A model generated the notes under the pieces. The model saw nothing but the letters and a program-made list of their open reading frames with translations. It was not told the origin of the DNA and did not search any database. 64,000 nucleotides of DNA from Phoronis australis (Eukaryota > Animalia > Phoronida), in NCBI GenBank assembly GCA_002633005.1, contig NMRA01000007.1, positions 1,780,838-1,844,837 of the forward strand, given 5' to 3'. Position 1 is the first letter of the stretch. Every line of letters starts with the position of its first letter. Both the position numbers and the translations under genes were made by a program. This document shows positions 40,657-55,000 of the stretch, in pieces.

Positions 40657-42859
40657 AGGTTTGAGTTCCTTAGGGCTTCCGAGTTGGGAGAGAACACGCA
40701 AGTACTCCCAAGATATCACTATGCATGAGATTTCACTAGTCAGTATCTTGCGTTAAAAAAAGAGTCCCCAAGAATTACCCAATCTGTGACCCCCGTGTGG
40801 TCTATGTTGATACGTTGGTGTTATTTTTAGCCTAGGTCCCCAAGTATGTTTGTTTAAATGTACTGTGCACGCTGAAAATAGACAAAATAATGTGGCTTTT
40901 CCTGTCAGGACAGTTGAGTGCGAGTGGAAGTCGCCATCAGAGTAACTGTAATGATGGGGAAACAGTATTTAGTCCTATTGTCTTGGGTGTGTAATGCATG
41001 ACATTAAAATGTTGTGAAAGTGCTAAATTATGCACTACATTGGTTGGCTTCGCATCTCGATGTTACTAGAAAGTGTTCGCTGATTGTTACAAATAGTTAA
41101 TGACAGGAGATTCGTTTTTCATGAGTAATCGTGGCAAGGATAGTGACAATGATTTCCAAGTGAGCTTGGTTGCATGATTTATAAAATCACCTATAAACAG
41201 GGCTTGGAATGACCCATGACAAAAAAGAGGATAATTTTTTCTGCCCCAAATACACATTGCAATCTAAACAACCATACCTCAACAGATCGAAAGTAAACAT
41301 TATCACAAGACGCCCTGTAACTGTGTCGTGTTGGCAAAACGCACTCATCTTAAGCAGTATCTGACATCTATTTCAGCAAAAAAATGAAGGCAATAATGTT
41401 CAGTCATCAAAAACTACTTTCTTCTAAAACTTTGTCAACTTGTTCTTATCCTTTGCATTAATTGAAATCTGTGGCAGCAAAGCATCTAGTATTCCAGACA
41501 GCAATACTTCTTTGTTGACTGAAACTAATCCGCTGTGACAAACTTCATGAGCCTGAGCTAAATTATTAACTGTTAATTCTGATGCTTAGAAGTCATTTCT
41601 TGTCTGAATGAAGAACAAGACAAAGCCAATATGGCGAGTGGCCAAATTTTGAAAAAAAGGTGGGCATGTTGCATCGTATTAGTGTCTGACGTGAATTTTG
41701 AGGTGGCTAAAGCTTACGTGTCAAGCGGGTGGTTACTATATGTGCTTCCACTCACCTGCAATTCTTGAAGACTGACCACAACCTGAATACAAAATTGATG
41801 TGTAGAGACAATTGCATTATTGTGTGTTGTACATTGCATTAAGTAGCTCATAGTACAGTTTGAACTTCTTTTTTTGTGGTAAAATTGATATTGTTAAGTA
41901 TATTAGTGTGTCATAAATTATGCTTGTAATTTAAGGCATAGATTTATTATTTGGCATTAAATGACAATAACTTTAAACAACTGTTACTATGTTTTATTAA
42001 GCATACGTCAGACAGTTAACAAGCAGCACAAGTAACAACTTATCTAAGAAAATAATAAATTATTGAATGATGGCACACGATTTTAGTTCCTAACATAATG
42101 GCAAAGGATGCTTTTAATACTCTTAGTATATACCATAAATAGTTGAATGTTTAAATACGATAATGTTATTCAAGTAAATCACAAGATCAAAAACGATATC
42201 CTAATGGAATGTCAGTCATAAACACTGGAACAATGCACTGTTCCAAAATATCCCCGTGTGATATTCTAAAACTGAACGTCATCCATTTGTCAAGTTTACG
42301 TCAACAGAGATTTTTTCAGAGCCAGTGAAGCTCTGAATGTCAAAAAATACAATTAAGTCCTGCTCGTAAATACCTTTTTCATCACAGGGTGAAGTCTTTA
42401 TGAACAAGTCTGGCACAGCTATAAAATCCATGTGTTAAGTGGTTTTTGTAATTTTATTGGTAAATGTAACCTATAGTTGAACTTGGCATCTGTGACACGG
42501 TGACCGAATTGGCCCCCACCATCTATGGCTATAATTTTATGTGCAATGATAAACCAGGTGAAAAGTGCATTATTTTATTTCCAACATAAGGCCAAACGCA
42601 TACCTGGTAGTGATCTCTACCTAACTCATTTTGAGACCTGTGCTCATCAACTAAAAAAATGCCTGCCCACATCAACTTCAACCAAAGTTTTGGGAAAGGG
42701 TTTGAAAAACTGCTAACAGCATTTCTCAAAGTTTGAAATCCCAAGACTTGCCAAGTGATTTATAAAAAATCAACTCAACTCTGGTGGATTTTTTTGAAAA
42801 GTAAGCAAAAAATGTACCACCAACTCCATCTTAAAAAAACTAGGGCTCAGGGGAATGCT

Positions 42860-43032
42860 ATCATACTCTAAATTATTTTTCACATTTTCTGTTCTACTTT
42901 TGCACAAACTCAAGATAACCATCTTGAGTTATGAACTCAAGATTACCATCTTGAGTTACGAACTCAAGATAACCATCTTGAGTTCATATTCAAAGAGAGT
43001 GGAAAATGTCAAAAAATATTTTTGAGTCTGAT
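42860..43032. repeat. Inverted-repeat element enclosing three tandem 27-bp palindromic units
   Basis: AACTCAAGAT-aacc/tacc-ATCTTGAGTT at 42907, 42934 and 42961; flanks 42860-42900 and 42992-43032 are mutually inverted. Confidence 0.85.
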
Positions 43033-43189
43033 ATCGAAGAAAAAGAGAAGCTGGGCCCAGCACCAACTATTCCTTTTTCAGCCTAATCTTGAAATTAAAA
43101 TTCCCAAAAATTTCATAATACAAAATTGTGCTTTAAAAATAATTGTTAATACAGTGTATGATGATGTGATATAGCTTTAGCATTCCTCA

Positions 43190-43452
43190 CTATGACCTTG
43201 AAAACCATGTCTAGGTCACCAAGTTCGACTCGCCTGAAGATGTTGCGGCTACACCTCAGCCAAAAACATGAACCAAATTTAAAGCTTCATTCTTGAGATA
43301 CGCCATCAACATTTTCCCAAATAAAACTTTTTTTTTGCCAGAGGAGACCATAAAATTGAGGCCACGGTCACCAAAATCAATATGCGACCACCTACGGCAC
43401 AAAACATGAACAAAAATCAAAGCTTCATTCTTGACATATGCTGTCGACAAAA
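43190..43452. repeat. Degenerate ~138-bp tandem repeat (about 2 units)
   Basis: GGTCACCAA..AAAACATGAAC.AAA.T.AAAGCTTCATTCTTGA.ATA.GC recurs at ~43263 and ~43401. Confidence 0.7.
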
Positions 43453-45349
43453 TTGTGTGTCATGAATACTAGGTCCGCCATTTTATGCTAAAGGTGGGGA
43501 GGACAATGAAAAAATCTAAAAACAATAACAAAAGTGGTTTTACACTTTTCATCAAAGATCTCATAACAAATATCTTCAGCAAGTCTTAACTTAAAATACC
43601 CACATCTGCAAGTGAAATGGCTTCATGTGATAACAGGTAGCAGAACTAAACAAGACAACACTAAGTGCAAATGTTCAAAGAAATTTCAACTTGAAAAACA
43701 AGTGTTTAAAAGACACTTTTTCTGAAAACATGTAACACTATACCCAGTGAATATATCTTAACTCACTTAACTTGTTCTTCCCACTGACATTATATACGTG
43801 CACGCACTCACATGTAAGTTGTAACTGGACTACAGTTAAGCGACCAAAATATCGGACATTCTGGTCTATAATTCCTAATTGTACTTCATTGAAAATGTAA
43901 ACAGAAATACAGAATATAACGATGAGTTCTTCTGTTGTTGAACCTGCTTACCACAAGATATAATGCAATTTGACTACAAAGCACTGTATTTTTGATGAAC
44001 CAGCACAGAAGACAAAGCAAGTGCAATGTCACTGCAATGTAATACATCTATTTAACATGACACACACACTATGCTGCTGGGATGAGAGTTGTTGCAAACA
44101 CCAAATGAAACAAAGGAGGGTAAACCGTGAAAAAATTTTAGTTTCAATTTTTTGAACCGTTCTATGTGATTGTCGACTATGGGCCATCATAGGTGCCTAA
44201 ACTGCACTTTATCTCAGCAAAATCAACAGCAAGCACCACATGTGAATGCCATGCACCAGAATGCAACTTGATGAGACTTATTCATAAATTTTTGCTCCAA
44301 ACGCATACAATTTTTAGGTCAGTCCGATATTTAGGTACACTATCTAAATGTCGTGGCTTTTACCATGGACGAGTTAAGCAAGATAGCACGATTGCTTGTG
44401 ATATCTAAAAATGTGTCAATACCATAGCGACAACAAATAACACCAACCCTTGATCACAAATATGTCTACAGCAGTCGCTCTGTAACCAACAGCACCTAGA
44501 CAAATCACGCAACAAAAACAGATACATTTTGAAAACAGCAACCTTTCTGACATCAGAAGTAGTAACAAATCGATAAACTTGTAAAAAACAACTTCACTTA
44601 CGCAACTAGCAGTTCACAGTTAGGACTTTTTCTTTCCAACGTTGAATCATGATTATAACAGGAGAAAACAGTTCACTTTCAAACAATAAATAATCAATTA
44701 TAATCATCAACAGTACAAAGTCAATCACACAACTCGTAGAGGCACCAAATGTAAATAACAAAACCTATAACACATCTCGATGTCATAGTGCTCACCAATC
44801 GAACAAAAGAGGGCATGTTAACTGTAGAGCAAGAACGACTGTCATTCCTGATGTTACACTGAGTAAAAATGTAGATTTCTGGTCATCTTGGAGAAACCCT
44901 TTTTTGGATTAATTGCCATTCCCTTTGAGAATATCAACTATCCATTGAACAATGAAAAAGGTTGTTAATAAACCAAAAAAACGCCCGCATCTTGGTTCTG
45001 CTGTCACTTGCATTGAGCAAACACAATCATGTGATGGACTGTGCTCAATTGTGAGTAATTAAGCTTGCTTTCTGGAAGTGAAAGCAAAACAAAGAAAGGG
45101 GCCATTTGTTAGTGCTGTCACATTCTATTGTTCATTAAGCAGCAAATACACGCCAGGGACCAGGTGCATACAGTTATACACAGAATAGCAATTACACAGT
45201 ACTATCATGCATTGTGTTGCCATTGTTGGACAACAGTTGCAAATATCAAACTTTAATAGTCAGCTTATAAGTTTTGGAGTTTTATACGGCTCAGAACAGG
45301 GGAACCATAATAACACAGAAAAAAATGCAAAAATCTGCAATTATACTAA

Positions 45350-45915
45350 GGACTGTTCCAGTAAAATCTGTATGGGAGGGGGGAAGGCACCTTTTTTTCG
45401 CACCCACCACCCATATTTTTCATTTATTTCTTCAGCCTACCACCCGTAATTTTTTATAAGTTTGAAATGCAACCACCCGTAATTTTTTTTTATTCTTGTG
45501 GTTGACTGCACAGGCGCTTGAGTTTATCTGTTCCTCCATCACCACTAACGTCATTCATTACTAAGAAAACATATGTTTCTTATGTATGGTTATTAGCCAT
45601 CGAGAAATTCGAGCACTTGTGGTTAAATGGTGTTATGGGCATGCCGATGAGATCGGAGGGAGTGAAAAAGTCGGAGCTTTTTGCAAGTTGCATTTTTGTT
45701 TCAGTTTTTGATTCTGTGCGAATTGTTTATAAAATTTACTAAAATTACCCACCATCAAACATTTATGGCCCAATGAAACAACAACGACCTGTAAATTTTT
45801 ATTTTTTTGAAGTACGACCACCAGCCATTTTGAATTTAAATCAAACGCAACCACCCATAAATTTTTATTTCAGTTGCCTTCCCCCCCTCCCACACATATT
45901 TTGCTGGAACAGCCC
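45350..45915. mobile_element. MITE, same terminal family as 31196-31874
   Basis: GGACTGTTCCAGTAAAATCTGTATGGGAGGGGG ... CCCCCCTCCCACACATATTTTGCTGGAACAGCCC, flanked by TAA and TGA. Confidence 0.75.
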
Positions 45916-46055
45916 TGAGAAATGACAGTGTTCCCTTGTAAATATGCCTTTCAAACACATTGCAGCATCACTGTGCTTAAAGTTTGCATTCCTCAGACAT
46001 GACGTTTTATTGCAATCACACTTTTATCATGACATGTTTCCTGGACCACACAGGC

Positions 46056-49000
46056 TCAGATCAGATCTTGCTGGGAACAGGCATCAGCCACCTGTTGAGC
46101 CAATTGACCGAGAGGTGGCTCCTTGTCAGGCAACCTGGTCACGTCTGGATCTGGGCAGACTGGGCAAGTACTGCGGTCATAACACTTACAGCATGTCTGG
46201 AATGAATAAATAATTGGGGGTGACTAGGAGATTCACTTCAGTAACACAACACATTTAAGTTGGGTATTCAGGCATAGTTCCTCTATTAAACACGTTTCCT
46301 TAAACATCACGATGCTGGAAAGGTACACTGGGGAAAGTTGTTACAGTAAAACATATAGACGAAAGGAGTGCACTGCTAAGAACAACAATCAAGGTGAAGT
46401 CCCAGCCACATAGGTTGTAACCAGAGATTTCTTGGTGGGTGCTTACATCACACAATAAACAAAACCAGCTAAGTATTGGACTTTAGTCAATAGTTCCACC
46501 GCGGCGATAAGATTTTTGCCTGCCTTTATCATACACAATCTACTGCAATCATGGACCAATGTGTTACTTTTATGAAGTGATCAATCCAATTTGTGGGAGG
46601 AACTACAATGTTTTGGTGAAGGTCTCCACTCTGTGAATGCTTCCCAGTTTAAATAATTTAATAATACTCCGCAATACATGCCTACTCTCCCCAAAATATC
46701 CAACACTGATTGCACAAATTACCTGGCAATAGATGTGAGCACCCAGCTCCACACATTTCCCACACCTACAGCAGTGTTCCAGAGGAAATCCATCTACATC
46801 ACTCAGCATGCCTGAAACCAGGATAACTAAAGATAATGACAGAGGTAATAGTCTGATATAACGTGCTTACATTTTGAGAACCAGTTTTCTCCTCTCAAAA
46901 TGTGGGCACCTTATATGAGACTTGCCAATGACAGTTCATTAAACATTCAATCAAGTCATGCACTAAATTTACAACGAAACTCAAAAATAAAAGCAGCTGC
47001 TACACTAAGTTTTGCCACAAATTAATTGTTGCTTAGCAAACATAGAAGTGTGGTTAGTGGTACGATCACTTTTAAGAGTGGAAAAAATGCTGAAATCCTA
47101 TTCGCAACAAAGGTTTTATTTTCAGACATCTAAATGCGGTGCAAGGGTCATAATTTCCAGAGGACAAACACTACAGGAGGTTAAATGTTTTTAAGGTAAT
47201 AACCAGGATGACTGCAATTGAAGATGACAGGTTATTTCTGTGTGAAGAGGTTAGATTTGGTAGTAATAAGACATACCTCCGCACCAAGAGAATCGGTACC
47301 GCTTGTTACATGAGTCTTTATTAGGGCATGCCACGATACCAGGGACGCAATTCTTTCTGACCGTGCTCACTTTGCAGCATGGGAACTCGACCACTTTGTC
47401 AAGGTAGGGCAGGACGGAATAACCCTGTTAATAAAGACATCGGAAGATGATTACGAGTACACAGTGTCATTGAAAAAGCCCCACTGAAACAATGCACTCC
47501 ATACTTAGAATTTAGCATACGAAGCCGCAGGTGTCTCTTCAACATATCGGTTCACATTCAAGCGAATAGTTCACATTCAAGCGAAAAATAATCCTTAGAC
47601 TGACATTTCAATGTTACGCAGATATTCAAGACAAGTAAAGAAAATGCAGGTGCCCATCCGAATGCGATTTGCGAGATCCGGAGCACCCTTGCTCGCCCAC
47701 GTGTATACTGCTGTTGTGGAGACATATAAAGCCTCTTAGCTGTGATCCTGTATCCACCCCTGAAATGCTACTTCCAGTGATAAATTTTAGGCAAAAATCT
47801 GAACAAATTATTTTAGTACAAATTCAAACACGTTAACTACTCTTTTGAAAAGACAAATTTTAGTATACATACAAAATAACAAGTATAACAAGTATCACAG
47901 ACCTTCGATGCACTCTTGAACACGTTGAAGAGTAGACATTTGTCTGCAGTCATGTCACTCAGTTTCATTCCTTTCTTGAGAAGAATGTTCAATGGGTTCT
48001 CACAGTTCTTACACTTGCAGCTGGGGCCACACAACTGATGGCGCTGGGCACAGTGACACCTGGTGGTCCGACACCCAAAGTTGCAACGACACCTCATGTT
48101 CGTAAGGCATTTTTTCTTTAGTGGTTTGTGCACTGTGGAACAAAGCATAATTATACACCAGTTTATCTATTGTCATTAATTTCACTTAACACAAGTTAAG
48201 AAATCCACAGATATTGCTTTCCTTGTATGTATCTTAACTAAATTTTGCACCCTGTACATCTTCATAAGGTATTTAAATAATGGAATCAACTCAAAAAGAG
48301 GTTTCTTAGGAAACTCATGAAGCATTTTCCATTCCCATAGTTATATAGCTTTGTATACTTTGTGGTATTTAGATTATTAAGACAAAGGGTCTACTTGAGC
48401 GGTCATGTACACAAGTCAAGTTAACCAATTGCTAATAACTAAGGACCAGTGCTATCACTGGCTGTCATGTAAGTTCCTTCGATCCCAAATAAAACGCGTC
48501 ACAAAAGTAAATACGTTTTGCTATTCAAATCCCAACTATTATGAACACATTTCTGAGCTAGAAGTTGTGAAATGGGCTGTAGCGTGACATGTAGAATATC
48601 AAAGGTCAAAGCCAACCTTCATCTTCACATTCTTCTGATTCAGTAAGAGCTCGCTTCTCTGCAATAGGCATTCCAAGGCAGGCCGGTATCCCGTCATTAA
48701 GCTGGCTATTGGCAACACGATAAAGTCTGGGTGAGAACCTCTTTAGCAAGTCTATGATTTTGGACGCAGGAGTATTCTTCAAAGTAATCTACAATCCAAA
48801 GTTTTAGTAAGCGAATGTCATTATCACTTGCACAACTTTCAAAATGTATGACATTGTGTATTTTATTCTGAAAAACTGCCTTGTAAAACCTCATCTGGTT
48901 TCAACTCCTGTTCCTGAGTACAAAATAGAGACAGCAGATGTAATTGACAGACAGTGCTTCAACACAGCAGAAATGCCAAGGACATGTATATCACATTATT

Positions 49001-52000
49001 GTAGCTCCCCTTGCACTGATTTGTTGTAGAAATAAAACTGGAGTTCACTGAAGTAATGTAATAGTAAGTTGGCGAGTTTATTACAAGATCAATACAACTC
49101 TCAACATGAACGCAGTATTATTCACTAGAGCATCTCCAACGCAATAATCTGGGACAAAACAATAGAGCTGCTATACACTACCAATAGATGGCGGTCTTAT
49201 CACGTTACATCAAACAAGGTAACAAATGCAAGATTTATGATTAAGTGGTTAGAAAAGTTATCAAAATCAGTACAGAATGAATCCTAATACAGTCTGATAA
49301 ATCTTCAATCAAATAAATACCTCAAAGTGAATGAGACAAAGTAAAAATAACTCAAGTCACTGAGCTCAATTAAAGTCGCAGAACACAATTTCGTGAGGTC
49401 AAGACCCACCCAGAAATTATGGTTGGCAAAACGACAAATTATAATTATTGTCTTAGTAACTGCAAATGACTATACCCTGAACCCATCACTAACCATACAA
49501 TCGAGATTGACATAATGAAAGTGGCCCCTCATGAAATCTACCCAGACCCCCCATTACCTAATTGTATTAGAAGGCCCACATTCTGGGCTGAGCTATTAGA
49601 GGGTAATAATTAAACAATTATCTTCTCAGCCAGGAACATAAAACTTTTGTTAGAATGTGTTCACTTACAAAGTCCAACTGGTTCAGTTGTATACTAAGAG
49701 TAGGGATAACAAAGAAGCTGCTTTCACTGACCTTGCATGTCAATTTGGTAAGGCCTTAATTGCGTGTGAACTATACCTCCTCCTGTGATTTACAGTCAAC
49801 AGCAAAATTCTAAACCATTATGTACTCTAGTTACACCCTTCAAGTCCAAAATGTATGAAAGTGGCTCCTCAGCGAGGTCTACTCTGACCACCATTCCCAA
49901 CCATTACCATAAGATGTGATATGCATGATTTCACCACTCCCAAATGGAGGTCTAAATTGAACCCATGACCATATGACATGGTGTGGGTACAAAGAGATGT
50001 AAGCTAACCCCCACCACGAACCACATGATGATACCCACACAAGGCTCCCAAATGAGGTCTACCTTGACAGTAAGTACTAACCAGGTGATGGGGCACGTGC
50101 AGCTGGCCTTCAGTGAGGTCCACACACGTATCCCGACTATATGAAGTCAGCTGGGGTAAGGTGAGGGAGTCGTCAGCAGTCTTGCTCCCCACGTACATGC
50201 AGGGGATCTTGTTCACCTGCACCTTCAAGCAGGTGCAGGCACTACTGAGAGCTGAAAGTATCACAAACATACATTGATAAGGACGCCAGAACATAGCATG
50301 ATGAGAACTCCTACATCGTGTTCAAATTCAGATTATTTTGGAACTTATTTTTTAAACCTTAAGCTAGGGCATGTTACAAAAACATTCAAGCCCACTGTAC
50401 ATCACTATTCAAAATAACAATCTAACACTAATCACTGCATTTTTAGGACAGTCATCCCTGTTTCCTACTCCCCCAACAAAAGAAGATAGTAGAAGAGTAA
50501 AGATTAGTTTGTGCTCTTGTGATCCCAAGAGTCAGGGATAATTCAGCACCACCTATTGGAAAATGAATTGCACAGACATGAATTTGTGGATTAATCTGAA
50601 CTGTTCAGGAATCTTATTATCAGTGCAGAAACAAACGAGTTCGTCTCAATGTTTCTGGTTTAAACCTGGTGATAAAAAGTGCAAGTTTAAACACTGTTTA
50701 TGGACTTGTTTATATATACACCAAATCAGATTGCCACAATTCTGTTGCCAACCAATAATACTCTGAATTCTACATTAGATCAATAAAATCTGAAATAACA
50801 CAAGATGAGCAATGCATGATTTGAAACTGGTTACTTACCCACAATGCTGTCAAAAGGTACTTCTATGATGGCCATGAGACGCTTCCTTGTTGCCATGGTG
50901 TCATCCATGCTGTTTGTTTGGAACTCGTACATCAAGCAACTACATCGACCAAAAGTGAAACGAGGTTGACTAGAGTGGACATACAGACTGAACACCTTTT
51001 CTTTGTAAAGCAACTAGCATTACATAAAAAACTGAATTATAAAATATACAAAAGAAAAGCTACTATCACAACATACCAAAGACAAAAAAACAATTCTTCA
51101 AAGCTTTCTGTGATCAACATAACGAAGAGTGCTTTCACAATAGCACGAAGAAAACTGCAATAATCTTCATGACTAGATTTATGTTTGAGTATATGTACAG
51201 TACAACATACAACATTCTGACATCTCACTAAAACTCAACGCATCACAAGTCATTGCATCGTAAGACAACCAATAGATGCTTTGACAAAATTACAAAATCA
51301 ACACCAAATAAACATTGTAGCCTGAAAGAAAAAATTATTATTGAAACTTGTGAAACATAAAATTTGAATACGGTAATAAAAGTTAATGTGTTACATTGCA
51401 CTAAGCTAACAAGTAGAGAAAGCAAGCACGACTGGAAAATGCAGAATAGTAGCATACCTCTTGGAAAATATTAGCTTAAGCCTGGATATGCGTGCGTCAG
51501 GAGGGGAGTTTTCATACTGCAAACAGAGCACCAATTAAGAGATCTAAGCTACTGGCAAAGCACACAACACACAGGATTGATGAAGCGCATGGCACAGGTT
51601 TACTGTTGGAAGCACTTGGCAGCTCGCAAAGACAAAAGAGGCTTCATACAATTTAATACAATGTAAGAAATGTCAGTTTGCAATTATTAATCCGAGCCTG
51701 CAAAAAGAGGTGTATGGAAAAACACTATCTATGTCTTTAGCCTTAAATATATAAAGAAATAGATGCTAGAATTCTTGTGTTAGTCGATTCGAAGCCAGCC
51801 ACCAGATTGTATGGACTTGAGCATCAAGTAAAAGATTCTAAGCAGTGTCTGATTTAGCAAATACCAGCTCGCTAAACGCGATCTCATATGTAGCTGGTAG
51901 CTCAACTTGTCACATGTAACATAAAGTTCCAAAATGTTTTCTACCATTTCCAAGGTTTTCCAAAGTCTGTGTACAATTAAATACCAACATTATGCAATCG

Positions 52001-55000
52001 ATCCAATCATTGGAAAATCTCATCTATCATTACTAGCCAATCATGGCGTGAGTTATTATTCATGTCACCAATAAAAACTGAATGAGAGTGCTCAACTGTA
52101 TACGTGACCTTTCATGACAACCCCACAACATTTAAAGCAACATGAAAACCAAGTAGTGCAAGCTCTGGTTCAAAGTGAACATGTGAATTTCCATAGCCAC
52201 ATCCCAAATTCAGCTCCCCTCCTTTGAAAAGGAAGAAACCATACTGTGCCACCAATAGATGCGCTGCAAACGTCTGTGAGAAGAGACGGACGAAAAAGGA
52301 CAATCCGTCATGCCCAAAAGAGCCTGTTGATTTTTCACAGCGCAACAATAAAACTTCAGAGGCATTAGAATGACAAACGTCTAAACAATTTTGCAGTACA
52401 ATACTCAAGAATACAGCAACAGTCTGTGAGACAATATCCTAATGATACACAACATTGTGGGCAAATATTCCAGAATCAGAGATGGTGCGGTGGTATTTTG
52501 GGACGTGGCTATTGTCTACAGCGTTGGTAATACACGCCAACAGTTTCAGTACTACACTGCATCCACTCAATGAAGAACTCCTAACACCGACACAACACAA
52601 ACTCAAAATAGACCAGACTTACCATGTAAGAGCCTATGGACAAGGATGAGAAATCAAAGTGCTTGGGTTTCCACTTGGGAGCAACCAGTGTTGTGTCACA
52701 AGCTGTAAAACATAATTAACACCACCCATGTGATACATTAAGATAATACCACCCAGGTGATACATTAAGACAGCGCATACAAAAATGATTTCAAACTTCA
52801 TCCATGCAACTATAACGGATAGGGTAATTCTCCACTTATTTTGCACAAAAAACTCAGCAAAATTTGAATTTTTTCCATTTTTCAAAGGCTGTAAATAATG
52901 GAAATAATGGAAAATTTACCAAACACTGTTTTATTTTCTTAATCTTTATTTTTCGGACAAACATTATAAACCAGAATTTCACTTGTCGGCCAAAATGTAT
53001 AGTAACTACGGTAAGTAATGAATTATCATAAGAAACACTTAGACATATGTATACCAAATGTTAATCACACAAAACTGGGAACTTGACCTTCCCTAACAGC
53101 ATACATTGAAAACTTCACAAAATGTAGAAGGCAAAATGTTCTCCGAGCTAATTAGACACGCACAAACATCATGTCAATCATTAGAGTTGACTCAATTTCA
53201 CAAATAGGACCAATCACAGCGATAGGCGCACAAGTATAGTACATATTTTAATATAGCAACTTAGGTGTACAGCAACAGGAAGCATTGAATAAAAAAAACA
53301 GAGTAATGAAAATTGACACCTCCAGTCACAAGCAATTAGTCATCTTGGAAAAGAACAACAAAACTGATTATACAGCATTGAGGGAGTTCCTTCTGCCATG
53401 GAATAAAAGACCGACATTGGGGAATTTAGTAATATGATATATTGTGAAAAGATTCAAAACAGTGCCATGATATATTTAGAGGAACACCACTATAGATTAC
53501 TCCAATAGACAGGTTCTAATGTAGCGTTCTGTTGGCTCAAGTAAAGGATTTAGGGGATACAGAGTAACTGGTTTCCATGGTTAAAACCTGAAGTCGTAAA
53601 CCAAGAACAATTTCGAGAAAAAACAAGTCGACTAGTACTATAAACCAACCTGCCACAGCATTGGCTTCCGTACTTTGAGGCGAAATCTTTTTCGAGCTAG
53701 AGCTGGAGGCAGTGACTCTGGATGTTTCACACTTTATCATGTCCTTCACACCTAGTGAAGTCTTGACAGTAGAGTTTGAAGGCACTATCTTACTGAGATT
53801 CAAAGGCGGCGCCACCTGGAGCACTGAATTTTTAATACAAATCAGGTCAACATGGATGCCAAAGGTTATTCTACAGCAGGTCGCCAAACTAAAAACGATA
53901 CTGCACTATTTAATCAATTTATCTAACTTTGACTGCAGTAAACTCAAGCATTCCGCAGTCTTGTGGCAAGAACAAAACATGCCTATCACAAAAAGCAGTC
54001 CTGAAAAATTATACTGTGAGGCAAAGTGAATATTAGCTCTGTGTGTTAAACAAACTGGTGATATCAGTTGCATTTCCATGGCAACACATGAAAACCATGC
54101 ACAACCATCCAAATTTTATAACATTAATTTTGTCAGTAGGCGTTCAGTTTAATTACCTGAATATCTGTGAGACAGGAAAGAGGATCAAACAGAACACTAA
54201 GTGCTTACAACCACCCTGTACCTTGCTTTGAATAGTGACTACATTGTCAGCATCATTACACCTTCCTTTATAGCACAGCATATCACAATCTTTATTTCAA
54301 TAGCCCAAAAATAAGAAAATAGAAGAAAAGCGACTTCAAATGAAAGTTTCTTAGCTCCACGGACATGAATATGATGGTGTCAGTGTGTCACGTCCACCAA
54401 CACCCAAGTTTCTTGCACAAACATGTCCCACAACTGTGCTTCTCTGATGTCATGAAGGAAATAAAAAGGTGACAGTGTGCTCAAGTACAGAGTTGGCACA
54501 ACCACCACAAATCCAACAACATTCTTTACTTTACCATAATCCACGGGAGATATACGACAACTCTACACACTAAACACAATGGAGGAGGACTAAAATGTTG
54601 CAAATGGTTGTCCTAATTCTAATAAATATGTACAATAAATTCCCGTAACTCAAAATTAGATAACTGACATACCAACAGAGTGTTTGCGGATGTTCTAATT
54701 TGACAGCTGATTGACTGGTGGGGTTGTTTTTTTGGTGTTTTTGATATGAAGTTGGTAGTTTTAAGCTTTTTAAATTGATCCTAAAAGCTTATTTAAGAAA
54801 TTATCTAATTTCAAATTCTTGGTTGCATTTTACTACAAAGACAAGTAAAAAAAAACATACTAAATGGCAAAAAAATAAAATGTTTTGTGATATAAATTGC
54901 CACAGCAAACGATAATACGGCACCTTGATTCCCATTAGCCTCCTGAACTGCAACAGATGGTCTGCTACCGCTTGCAGTGGACCACGTTGGCACGGTAACA

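Noticed and set aside
42907-42984. CRISPR-like palindromic repeats
   Set aside because: 3-nt spacers, no cas genes, eukaryotic context.
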